Positions 6,010-15,052 of a DNA stretch of 15,324 nt are shown here, piece by piece. How positions within the stretch are numbered: position 1 is the stretch's first letter; every line of letters starts with the position of its first letter. The stretch covers positions 1-15,324 of the forward strand of contig JBFXLE010000044.1 in the NCBI GenBank assembly GCA_050173015.1, in the 5' to 3' direction. This DNA comes from Calditrichaceae bacterium. GTDB lineage: Bacteria > Calditrichota > Calditrichia > Calditrichales > JBFXGD01. The translations under genes and the position numbers were made by a program. The notes below the pieces were generated by a model, which was not told the DNA's origin, searched no databases, and worked only from the letters and a program-made list of their open reading frames with translations.

Positions 6010-8754
6010 CCGGATAAAAAAAGTCTCATTTTCCGAAAAATCGATGACTCTGGCTGACGCGTAGCCGAATCCGGCGCGAAAAAATTGTCCGCCAAACGAT
6101 AATTCCCCTCCGTATGTGTTCATATTCCATTCACCCGGCGAGCTGACGTTGGCATATCCGTAAAATCCGCTGACCGCGATGTTCTTCACAGGGATAAACA
6201 ACAATTTTAAAGAACTGTTTTTTTGCAGAAAATAAATCACTTCATTAAAATTCCAGACTAAATTCTTCCCGATGATATCCTCTCTGATGCCCGGAAGCGA
6301 TTTTGTATAGCGGAAATCACGGCTGAAATCATATTCATAAAAACGATCGATTCCCGTTCCCTGCAGGGGAGGCAATTGTCCGGAAAGGCTGACCGCGCTA
6401 AAACGGCTCCGGAATCCTAACCGCTCCGCAAACAGCTTATGCCCGAGAACAAGGTCTGCCTGTCTGATATCAAAATCCCACTCATTCCTGACGGATTTAA
6501 AATATTTTATTGTCAATCCGAACTCTTTCTTTGGCACAGCGGGGTAGAGCGATGTGGGAAGAAGATAGCGGAGATCAAAAGAGAGCTCCGGCCCATGATA
6601 AGTGTAACTGACGGACGGATCTTTGATATCATAGTCATTAAGTTGGTACGCGACCGATCCGGTGTACGAAAGACGGTGATTTCCATGAATATAATTCCTG
6701 CGTGAGATACCAAATGAAGCAATATCCTCATACATTTCGATGTCTTTATCACCATTGTTTGAAAAAATCACCGGGCCGTGATAATAGCCTGAAAATAGTC
6801 TGAGATTATACAGGTTGATTGAATGCCCCACGACCAGCAGTGATTTCCTGAAATTATCGGGAAAAATGACAAATGAAGCGCTAAACATTTGCCGTTGCAG
6901 GGACTCCATCCACGATGTCATGCCGTATATCCCCGCGCCAAGATCCTCATCAAAAGCCGGAAGGGCAAAGGACATCACATGAGTCATTTTGTTCTGCGGA
7001 AAATAAACACGAGATACCCTTCGTGAATAAGGCCCTGTATTTGAAACCGTATCGTATTTCGCCGCGACCGGTTCCTTTTTTGTCCAGGTTCCGTAAGATG
7101 ATTCAGGTTTATCCGGCCGGAGAAAGGGCGTGTAATTAAAAAGGGTATCCAAAGGAAGCGATTCAAATACTTCCTCGCGGCCGGAATCCCATTTTCGGAC
7201 GATCAGGGTCTGATTCGATGTATCCGCCGCGTCAATCCAATATTCAAACTGATCAGTCAATATATCCCGTATGCTGTTGTCATTTAGATTTAGAAGAGAT
7301 ATCACGGGATTGTGTTCAACATAACGGTTGAAGACAATCAGCGAATCATTCAAAATCACGGGATTACGGTCATCAATCATGTCATTGGTCAGATTTCTAA
7401 TTTTCCCGTAGGATAGAATGAACAGATCCCTGAAGCCGTTTTCCTGCTGCGCTTCAAAGAGAATATCACCATTTTTAAACGCGGCGAGCTTACCGACCGG
7501 CATTGGTGTTCTGAATATGGTTTCGGAAGATCCGTCAATATTGTAACGCTTCAGAACGGATTCAGACGGATTTACCAGGGCAAGGATAAGATCATTTTTG
7601 ACGGTAAAAACTCCATGACGGGCGCGGATATGGCGGTCAACGGTGGATGTTTTTCCTGTCTTCCGGTTATAAATTCTCCATCGGAAAGTGATGGTCCGGA
7701 GGTCATCCCGGACGCCGACATCAAACTGACCGTAGGCGATAAAATTCTCATCAGGGCTCAAAACAAGCCCGGCGTGAATATTGTCCGAGATTGTTTCCGT
7801 AATATGATGTTGGCCCTTTCGGATTTGCAGGATCAGTCCCGTCGCGTATTCATCCACAGGAGACAATCGCGCGGAAATCAGATAGGTGGAATCCAATGAG
7901 GCCATGGGTAGTATCTGATACATTTTGCTTCCCGTTTCCGGCAGCGATTCGGTGAGAGCGGAAACAGGGTAATCGGCCCAGAAATCACCGTAATAGAGCA
8001 CCATATGCCTGATAAATGATTCAAACATCACGGATGGAGATTTACCGTACACATGCTTAAAGGCTTTATCAAAATCATACTGAAAGGCGTTAGGTTGATA
8101 AGACATCAGATTTATCAGCGCTGAATCGCCGCGCTGTTCGGCAAGAAAGCGAACATAGGCATGAGCCGCGGCGTAAAGAAGCCGGCCGTCGCTGAGATTC
8201 AGAAGACTGTTATAATTGAGTTTACCGCTAAAAACAGCGTTTTTTAGGTACAGATCACCGCGATAGGCATTCCAGCTTTCGGTAAAATATTGGGCGATTC
8301 CTTCCAGAAACCAGCGCGGCGCGGAGAGATAAATGGCCTCACCGAAAAAGTTTAATTTGCGTCTGAGTTTCCGGTAGGAGATATGATGAACCAGCTCATG
8401 TTTCAAAACCTGGCCATACCAGAGATCCGATCCGGTCCAGGATTGTATATACGTGGATGAGGTGGCAAAGATGACCACATCCTTTCCCACGGCGTAGCCG
8501 TTGGAAAAATCAGGCGCGTCTGTCAGGATTATCCTTGCCTTCTTTTTATCAAATGATGAAAGCGGCAGACCGTGAAGCGCGCATAACCGGGGAATGGATT
8601 CATCGGCCATGAGGAGCAATGAATCGGCAATAGTTTCATTCTCCCTGGTATATTCCACGGTGGCAAAACGCCCGCGCATTTCGTACCACCCGGATTCAAC
8701 GGAATAGGACAGAGAACAGGTTAGGAGGATTATGATAAGAGACCGGATATTCAC
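5983..8754 (-). CDS. Exported multidomain protein: gluzincin (peptidase MA-like) domain, TolB/PD40-like beta-propeller and probable Omp85/BamA-like C-terminal barrel
   Basis: 923 aa with a signal peptide, NGYA, HELVH (H119-H123) and PRWFLEGIAQY (E151). The middle has LSPDENFIAY and RDLF...NLTNDMIDDRNP propeller-type repeats. The C-terminal third has amphipathic aromatic beta-strands, LPG (at the position of the Omp85 loop-6 RG motif) and a terminal Phe. Confidence 0.8.
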   Translation of the reverse strand: MNIRSLIIILLTCSLSYSVESGWYEMRGRFATVEYTRENETIADSLLLMADESIPRLCALHGLPLSSFDKKKARIILTDAPDFSNGYAVGKDVVIFATSSTYIQSWTGSDLWYGQVLKHELVHHISYRKLRRKLNFFGEAIYLSAPRWFLEGIAQYFTESWNAYRGDLYLKNAVFSGKLNYNSLLNLSDGRLLYAAAHAYVRFLAEQRGDSALINLMSYQPNAFQYDFDKAFKHVYGKSPSVMFESFIRHMVLYYGDFWADYPVSALTESLPETGSKMYQILPMASLDSTYLISARLSPVDEYATGLILQIRKGQHHITETISDNIHAGLVLSPDENFIAYGQFDVGVRDDLRTITFRWRIYNRKTGKTSTVDRHIRARHGVFTVKNDLILALVNPSESVLKRYNIDGSSETIFRTPMPVGKLAAFKNGDILFEAQQENGFRDLFILSYGKIRNLTNDMIDDRNPVILNDSLIVFNRYVEHNPVISLLNLNDNSIRDILTDQFEYWIDAADTSNQTLIVRKWDSGREEVFESLPLDTLFNYTPFLRPDKPESSYGTWTKKEPVAAKYDTVSNTGPYSRRVSRVYFPQNKMTHVMSFALPAFDEDLGAGIYGMTSWMESLQRQMFSASFVIFPDNFRKSLLVVGHSINLYNLRLFSGYYHGPVIFSNNGDKDIEMYEDIASFGISRRNYIHGNHRLSYTGSVAYQLNDYDIKDPSVSYTYHGPELSFDLRYLLPTSLYPAVPKKEFGLTIKYFKSVRNEWDFDIRQADLVLGHKLFAERLGFRSRFSAVSLSGQLPPLQGTGIDRFYEYDFSRDFRYTKSLPGIREDIIGKNLVWNFNEVIYFLQKNSSLKLLFIPVKNIAVSGFYGYANVSSPGEWNMNTYGGELSFGGQFFRAGFGYASARVIDFSENETFFIRLTFYRPDF

Positions 8755-8778
8755 ATGGCGCCTTTCTCAGATCTAAAT

Positions 8779-9531
8779 TTATTTTTTTAGAAACGGCCTT
8801 AGAAAGTTTTCGACGGCCTGCCAGTAAAATTTATGTTCTTTTGTTGATATCCACAATGCTTCCGAGCCGTGAACTCCTTCCGTTTCGGGCAGGAAAAATG
8901 TTTTTCGTTTCACGGGAACCGTGTCATAAATATCCTGCCAGTTCTTTTGTTCCGACTTTGCCGATGTGATAAAAACAGGGCACATGACTCTCCGGGCATG
9001 ATCTCTTACATAAGTTCTGCTTTTTCCGAGATTCGTGAAATATTCACCCGGCGCGAAGGCCAGCAATCCGTCCACATCCGTTGAATGCGTATCCGCCAGC
9101 ACGAAACAAAGCGCCGCCGAATAGGAGCTGCCCCAAATGAGCAGTTTACCGTCCGTCAGTTTGTTGTCGGCATATAATAAGGCGGATTCCATATCGGCGA
9201 AGGCGTCCAGATAACTGTTCCCAGCTCCGGCCTGCACCGCCCGTTGCGCTGTTTCGTTTGGCACATCGTTGATATCCTTACCCGAACGCTGATCGACCGC
9301 CATACAATTAAATCCCATCTTATTCAGTTTAAGGGCAATATCACGATATTCGCCCCGGCTCCATCGCGCGCGGTGAAAAAGGAGAATAAACGGAGCGGAT
9401 TTATCGTGTTCCATATAGACATCGGCGGTAACCGGTAAACCGTCAGTTGATTTAAAGGTGATCGTCTCGAATGAAAACAATGATGAGGAAAGAATAAAAA
9501 ACAATAAAATTGTAAAAAAGACTCTGCGCAT
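8779..9531 (-). CDS. Exported alpha/beta hydrolase (dienelactone hydrolase-like)
   Basis: 250 aa with a signal peptide, LLFH..WSRGEY, AVDQRSG, nucleophile elbow WGSSYSA, PVFITSA and GVHGS (catalytic His). AGGAGG SD. Ends 24 nt upstream of the 923-aa gene. Confidence 0.9.
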   Translation of the reverse strand: MRRVFFTILLFFILSSSLFSFETITFKSTDGLPVTADVYMEHDKSAPFILLFHRARWSRGEYRDIALKLNKMGFNCMAVDQRSGKDINDVPNETAQRAVQAGAGNSYLDAFADMESALLYADNKLTDGKLLIWGSSYSAALCFVLADTHSTDVDGLLAFAPGEYFTNLGKSRTYVRDHARRVMCPVFITSAKSEQKNWQDIYDTVPVKRKTFFLPETEGVHGSEALWISTKEHKFYWQAVENFLRPFLKK

Positions 9532-9563
9532 TTCTCCTCCTGATTAGATATCAAGATTATTAG

Positions 9564-9592
9564 AAACTACAAACACAAGTTATTTATTGCAA
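9564..9592 (-). promoter_or_regulatory. Putative sigma70 promoter for the hydrolase/zincin-barrel operon
   Basis: Minus strand reads TTGCAA-N17-TAGTTT, about 30 nt upstream of the ATG at 9531. Confidence 0.35.
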
Positions 9593-9713
9593 TAGATGGG
9601 GGATTAAGGCAAGATTAGGAAATACAGTATTGTTTCTCGTAGCGTATTATCTAATTTTCAACTCTTTAGATTTAAATCTCCGACGAGGCCTTGTAACAAA
9701 AATTTAAAAAAGA

Positions 9714-9742
9714 TTGATATCCTGAAAAATTATTTTTATATT
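9714..9742 (+). promoter_or_regulatory. Putative sigma70 promoter for the AT-rich block
   Basis: TTGATA-N17-TATATT with an A-tract upstream. Confidence 0.45.
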
Positions 9743-9961
9743 TCTTATAAGTCAATTTGTAAAGTATTTTTTAATCCTCTTGGTTACCGCCTTATATTTC
9801 CGTTTTTAGGCGATTTGGTTTTTAGTCTTTTGTGGCTCGCTAAGGAGAGTAGTTTGTTTATTTCAAGGATTTGTAAGACGCGGGATCATCGTTCACTACT
9901 AAAATTCTTAAAAGCTCTGATGTGGAATATCTTCAAGGAATATTAACTGGGAGAATAAGAG

Positions 9962-10429
9962 ATGTATATCAAAAAAAGTACTATTCTTGTTTTATTTTTA
10001 TCCTTCTTTTTATTATCAAATTGCGCGACCATACTTAAAGGATACAATGACAAAGTGACAATAAACACCACGGATAATGTAGAGATTTACAATTCCAACG
10101 GTGAAAAATTATTTGTGTCGCAGGCGATAATAAATACTGATACTACCAGCTTTGTTCGGACAAAAATTGAAACCGGAGAAATAGACACTACCTATTTTTT
10201 TTATAACAAAACCCTATCTTTGCCATATCTCGAATTAAGATCAAGTGAAATTCACAGGCTTACGGTGAATACCGAAAAGAATTCCCATAAAGTCGTCTTA
10301 TACCCAAAAATTGGCCTTGGCTGGGCTGCACTTGATTTTGCATGCGGCATATTTCCATTGGTGATTGATCTATATACAGGTAATTTAAATCATTTTGATG
10401 ATATCGAAATTCAATCTGAGAAAAAGTAA
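9962..10429 (+). CDS. Hypothetical lipoprotein (CATI..G family)
   Basis: 155 aa with basic N-terminus, hydrophobic stretch and lipobox-like LSN-C21, then ATILKG. C-terminal hydrophobic hairpin WAALDFACGIFPLVIDLYTG. GGGAG SD. Confidence 0.75.
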   Translation: MYIKKSTILVLFLSFFLLSNCATILKGYNDKVTINTTDNVEIYNSNGEKLFVSQAIINTDTTSFVRTKIETGEIDTTYFFYNKTLSLPYLELRSSEIHRLTVNTEKNSHKVVLYPKIGLGWAALDFACGIFPLVIDLYTGNLNHFDDIEIQSEKK

Positions 10430-10434
10430 ATAAA

Positions 10435-10464
10435 ACAAAGCGTGTAATTTTTACACCTTTTTGT
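10435..10464 (+). terminator. Possible rho-independent terminator
   Basis: AAAG-c-GTGTAA-ttt-TTACAC-CTTTTT just after the 10429 stop. The stem is AT-rich and weak. Confidence 0.45.
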
Positions 10465-10723
10465 GAAAGGATCTCTCACATCTTGTGAATCAGGATACAT
10501 GTTGTCAGAGAGTTACCGAGATCGAATTTATTTATAGAGTACAAACTTAAGATAAAATACTTAAAATTCTTTAACACAGATCAACCAGGGAGAGTATGGG
10601 CATTCATTTTGCTGCGGACTCTAGCGTTTAATAACCAAATTTAGATTATTTGCCGTATAAATTTGTGTACTGTATGATGGCATTCAAACATCATTAATGT
10701 ATTAATAATGGAGTGTACTTTTT

Positions 10724-13700
10724 ATGCAATTGCTCGAAAAAGCATCTTTGATTTGGATTTTACTGACATCGCTTGCATACGGTCAACTGACCTCCCCTCA
10801 GAGCGAATGGATTGAAAATTATGGAGTGAACCAAATTCTGTATGTCAATGAAAGTCCTGCTGATATGAAAATGGATTCTGAAGGATATATATATGTGACC
10901 GGGACTGGGAATAATGACTCCATAAGGGATGATATAATTGTTGTAAAACTGGACTCTATGGGAAATACAATTTGGAAAAAATATATTGATTTCGGATCTG
11001 ATGAGATTGCAAAAACAATATTGATAGATCAGGACGATAATATCTACATATCTGGTATAATAGGGTCGGTTACAAATACAGTTTATGCCCGGTATTTTTT
11101 AATAAAATTAGATAAAGATGGGAACGAGCTTTGGAGTGCGGCATATGATGCAATTGTGACATTAACAGCCGAAAGTACAACTTATCTATCCGCAATATTT
11201 GACAATGATTTTAATATTATTTTAGTAGGTATTAACCGAGAGTTATCAACAACTGGTGATGCAAATAATATACTAATCTTAAAATATTCAAAAGAAGGTG
11301 AACTTTTGTGGGATGAAGAGTATGAACATCCTACAGATGAATTTATTCGGGATATACCACAGGCAATCACTGTTGATAATTCAAATAACATCCTTATTCT
11401 TAAACATTGTGATGACTATACGTCTGAGAAATTGAGTTTACTAAAGTATAGCCCGGAAGGGAAATTTATAGATATATATGAAATTGTTAGTAATGTTTAT
11501 CCTGGCGCAACCCTGACTAAAGATGAAAATGGAAATTTGATAATTTCCTATACTCTCCATCACTATGAATTTTACATTGCGAAATTCACACCCAAGGGAT
11601 TTAATTTATGGGAATGGAAATATCCTGAAGAAGACATGTTACAGAAGAAAAAGATTTCAGTTAATTCATCAGGTAATATTGCCGTTTCCATTAGCAATAG
11701 TATTACTAACTATATGTACACGGCTTTGTTTGATACTAATGGTAATTTATTGTGGAATCAGCAATTTATGAGCAGATCCGGAAACGGTAGCTTTGTGTAT
11801 GATCAAATTTTAGATAATAATAATGACATATATATTCTTGGTGCAGATAAACCGGAATACTCTATTGATGATTATACTAGTACTTATAATGAGTATATGT
11901 TTTTGAAATACAATTCAGATGGAAACATTTCATTCTCAGAATACTATCATGATGTTGTATACCTTCTGGTTAAAAACGAGCCTGTGAGATTAATTAAAAA
12001 AAATTCTAAATTCTTTATCACTGGAATGAGTTCTCATGAGACAACAGCAAACGATATTGCTATCTTGAAGTATTCCGATTCGGGTACGCTTGAAGCATTT
12101 AAAAGAATCGAGGGAACATCAGTTACCAACAACAGGGCTGTGGCTCTTGAACTAAATCCGCAAGGATACCCGATAACACTAAGTTCAAGCTATAAGATTC
12201 AACAAATACTAAATTTAAATGATTTTTGCATAACCAAAACGGATAATTATGGAAATTCCGTTTGGACGGATCTATATAATGAATCATGGCTATATAATAA
12301 CACTCCTGCTGACATGGCCGTTGATGACGGTTCAAATATTTATGTTGTTGGATCTAAGAGTGAATCGGGTTCAAATGCAGATATTGTTACAATCAAATAC
12401 AGTCCAGCCGGGGCCAGGATATGGACACGTATATTTGATAATGAGGAAAATGGATCAGATCAGGCTCAAAAAATATTAATAGATCGAAACGGAGATATAA
12501 TTATTGGGGGATCCAGTACATCTACCGTCTCTCAAACTGATTACGTGATAGTCAAATATTCTCAGAACGGCGAAGAAATTTGGAGGAGCTATTACAACAG
12601 TCTTCAGAATGCGGATGACAAATTCGCGGATATGTGCATCGATTCTTTGAATAATATCTATGTGACCGGAACATCTAAAGTTTCTGAATATCAAGATATT
12701 ATTACATTAAAATATGATGAAAATGGAACCTTGATCTGGGATTATCTTTTTGACGGCCCATCAAATAAAAATGATATTCCGAATACTATTAAAATTGATC
12801 CACATGGTAGTATATATGTTGGCGGCTCTGAAGTAAACGGAAGTTTCCTTCTAATTAAATTTGATAATGACGGCTTATTGAAATGGTATAAAATTGAATC
12901 GGCTAATTATCACGGTACTGGAATAACAGATATTGCATTTGACAAGAAGAATAACATTTATGTGACAGGTGAGATGGATCAAAATTATACACCAAACTGT
13001 TTTACAATCAAATATTCAGATCTTGGAGAACTTAACTGGAAGAAAGAATTTTCAAATACCTGGGGAGGAAGAAAAATTGAACTTGATAGTGATGAGAACA
13101 TATATGTTTTAGATGCTTCGGCCAAACTATCAAAATTATTGTCAGATGGACAAATTGACTGGACTTATGAAATTCCCAGACAATCATACATTGATTCACT
13201 GGCTGATTATACAGCCATCGATATGTCATTAGACTCTGAAAATAATATTTATATATTCGGGCATCAAGGAAAAGATCACAGCAGTATGAAAACCTTCCTG
13301 AATCGAATTAAACAAATCAACACTGCTTTTCCGCCGAATTTTAAAACAACCATTCTTCAAAATCCTGCGGCATCAAAGTACTGTGATATTGTGGTCGCTG
13401 CAGATACGTCATTGAAATCAACTCCAAAGGTTACTATATCAAATTCAATAGATACGACCTGGCTGGAAATGTCTGGTATAAATGGCTTAAAAAGTTTATA
13501 CAAAGGTCCATATACATTTACAGTTTCTGGTCCCCATTATTTGGAAACACAGGTAACAGGCCTGAACGGGCTCGATTCCGCTAACACCCGGGAGATCAAT
13601 GTCGTACTGGCGAAAAGAGAAGAAAATTCAATTGTAATAATTCCAGAAAACCTTGGTTATTTGGATTTGAAGCACGATTCTATTAAAGAAGATATGTATA

Positions 13701-14251
13701 TTACAGCATATCATGAATATGAAGAAAAAGAAAGTACATATACATTTGGTCCCATTGTTGATTTAAATGAAGAGTGCAAATTAACGTTGCACTATGACAC
13801 TGATAAATTTGTACAAGATAAAATTCCGGCAATATTTTTCAAATCAAAGGATGAATGGATTCCATTAAAGACTGATGTTGATCCGCAAAATGGTACCGTT
13901 TGGACAAATATAACAAAATTAGGCGTTTATAAAGTCGATGAAAAAATTGATCAAAATGTATCTACAATTCCCGGAACATACTGTCTTTATCAGAATTTTC
14001 CGAATCCGTTTAATTCATCGACCATGATTAAGTATGATTTACCTCATGATACATTTGTAAGTATTGAGATTTATAATATTCTGGGTCAGAAAATTAAACG
14101 ACTTGAACATGCGCCTAAGCGGGCAGGTGTACATTTTACAAGCTGGGATGGAACTGATAACAGAAATAAATCCGTCTCAAGTGGAATTTATATATACTCA
14201 TTAAAGTCCAAATCATTCACAATTTCTAAGCGGCTCTTAATTCTAAAATAA
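10724..14251 (+). CDS. Secreted SBBP-repeat (beta-propeller) protein with C-terminal FlgD-Ig / T9SS type-A-like sorting domain
   Basis: 1175 aa with a signal peptide and many D..GNIYVTG...DI.T.KY...G...W repeats over about aa 40-860. C-terminus is LYQNFPNPFNSST.I.YDLP...IEIYNILGQKI..L...AG.H...WDG.D...VSSGIYIY.L...KRLLILK. GGAG SD. Confidence 0.9.
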   Translation: MQLLEKASLIWILLTSLAYGQLTSPQSEWIENYGVNQILYVNESPADMKMDSEGYIYVTGTGNNDSIRDDIIVVKLDSMGNTIWKKYIDFGSDEIAKTILIDQDDNIYISGIIGSVTNTVYARYFLIKLDKDGNELWSAAYDAIVTLTAESTTYLSAIFDNDFNIILVGINRELSTTGDANNILILKYSKEGELLWDEEYEHPTDEFIRDIPQAITVDNSNNILILKHCDDYTSEKLSLLKYSPEGKFIDIYEIVSNVYPGATLTKDENGNLIISYTLHHYEFYIAKFTPKGFNLWEWKYPEEDMLQKKKISVNSSGNIAVSISNSITNYMYTALFDTNGNLLWNQQFMSRSGNGSFVYDQILDNNNDIYILGADKPEYSIDDYTSTYNEYMFLKYNSDGNISFSEYYHDVVYLLVKNEPVRLIKKNSKFFITGMSSHETTANDIAILKYSDSGTLEAFKRIEGTSVTNNRAVALELNPQGYPITLSSSYKIQQILNLNDFCITKTDNYGNSVWTDLYNESWLYNNTPADMAVDDGSNIYVVGSKSESGSNADIVTIKYSPAGARIWTRIFDNEENGSDQAQKILIDRNGDIIIGGSSTSTVSQTDYVIVKYSQNGEEIWRSYYNSLQNADDKFADMCIDSLNNIYVTGTSKVSEYQDIITLKYDENGTLIWDYLFDGPSNKNDIPNTIKIDPHGSIYVGGSEVNGSFLLIKFDNDGLLKWYKIESANYHGTGITDIAFDKKNNIYVTGEMDQNYTPNCFTIKYSDLGELNWKKEFSNTWGGRKIELDSDENIYVLDASAKLSKLLSDGQIDWTYEIPRQSYIDSLADYTAIDMSLDSENNIYIFGHQGKDHSSMKTFLNRIKQINTAFPPNFKTTILQNPAASKYCDIVVAADTSLKSTPKVTISNSIDTTWLEMSGINGLKSLYKGPYTFTVSGPHYLETQVTGLNGLDSANTREINVVLAKREENSIVIIPENLGYLDLKHDSIKEDMYITAYHEYEEKESTYTFGPIVDLNEECKLTLHYDTDKFVQDKIPAIFFKSKDEWIPLKTDVDPQNGTVWTNITKLGVYKVDEKIDQNVSTIPGTYCLYQNFPNPFNSSTMIKYDLPHDTFVSIEIYNILGQKIKRLEHAPKRAGVHFTSWDGTDNRNKSVSSGIYIYSLKSKSFTISKRLLILK

Positions 14252-14271
14252 ATAAACCCTTACCGGAGCAT

Positions 14272-14874
14272 ATGATGCGAAGCATATTTATAAGTATTCA
14301 ATTAATCTCAATATTTTTGCTATGGAATGCGTGTTCCGATTCTTCAAGTTCAACAGATGTCGGTGGATTGTCGTATGAACAAATAATCAGCGATGCCTGG
14401 TCACTTTTTGATGATGAGCAATACCAGCTTGCTATGGACAGATTTAAAGATGCTCAGGATATGTCGGGCGATGAATCGGGAGCTTATACCGGTCAAGGAT
14501 GTGTGTATTTTGTTCTCGATAAAATTGATTCTTCAGCATACTTTTTTTCACTCGGTGAAGACAAAAAAAATCTTACAGCTACACATTATGCCATTTGGGC
14601 GTTTGTGCTCAATATAGAAAAACAATATTTATCTTCGCTTGAGAAAGGTGGTCTTGCGCTTGAAATGAATCCCAACTGGAATTTTCCTTATGGTTTAAAT
14701 TTAAACTCTTATGATCTTCACTTGCTTAACGCAATCAATTATTTTCTAATCGGTGCGTTTGAAGATTGTTTAATCGAAATCCAAATTCTGGATCCTTTTT
14801 TCAATACTGATGTTAATAGTAATTCCGGACAAATTGCATTATCGGAAGAATTAGAAAAACTGAAACGAAACTAA
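14272..14874 (+). CDS. TPR-like lipoprotein
   Basis: 200 aa with lipobox-like WNA-C21 and a Ser-rich linker, then helical TPR-type motifs (AWSLFDDEQYQLAMDRF, AYTGQGCVYF, ALEMNP). GGAG SD, 20 nt after the upstream stop. Confidence 0.8.
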   Translation: MMRSIFISIQLISIFLLWNACSDSSSSTDVGGLSYEQIISDAWSLFDDEQYQLAMDRFKDAQDMSGDESGAYTGQGCVYFVLDKIDSSAYFFSLGEDKKNLTATHYAIWAFVLNIEKQYLSSLEKGGLALEMNPNWNFPYGLNLNSYDLHLLNAINYFLIGAFEDCLIEIQILDPFFNTDVNSNSGQIALSEELEKLKRN

Positions 14875-14916
14875 AGGGTGATCCCCTATGTATTGAATCA
14901 GTTGGAAAAGGACTCA

Positions 14917-14940
14917 TAACGCTCTTAAATTCCCACTTCC
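14917..14940 (-). repeat. Dispersed repeat module A (copy 2, inverted)
   Basis: Reverse complement matches 179-202 at 21/24 positions. Confidence 0.7.
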
Positions 14941-14949
14941 TACTTTCTT

Positions 14950-15042
14950 GTCTGAGCTCTGACTCGTTTGATTAAATGATGCCTCTGATTTCCAATTTCT
15001 CAATCATGCACATCACTTAATCATTTTAATCCGGGTTCAGAC
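14950..15042. repeat. Imperfect 41-bp inverted repeat (GTCTGA...TCAGAC long hairpin)
   Basis: Arms 14950-14990 and 15002-15042 align without gaps at 28/41 Watson-Crick pairs plus 4 G-U, with an 11-nt loop. Internal TGAT(T)/(A)ATCA units recur. Confidence 0.75.
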
Positions 15043-15052
15043 CCCTATTCTT

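Noticed and set aside
593..9554. Short alternative-frame or antisense ORFs in the track (e.g. 593-820, 1829-2137, 3463-3726, 5086-5517, 6439-6705, 7615-7899, 9324-9554)
   Set aside because: All are nested in or antisense to well-supported genes and lack recognisable motifs.
10430..10723. Riboswitch or ncRNA upstream of the SBBP gene; TCAACCAGG 9-mer shared with 261-269
   Set aside because: Only short AT-rich hairpins and no recognisable riboswitch consensus. A 9-mer match is compatible with chance.
10880..12970. Recurring TATGTGACCGG/TATGTGACAGG DNA motifs as a DGR template/variable repeat pair
   Set aside because: They are explained by IYVTG protein repeats. There is no long near-identical pair with adenine-specific mismatches and no reverse transcriptase.
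11182..14617. Short ORFs inside the SBBP and TPR genes
   Set aside because: Shadow ORFs with no independent evidence.
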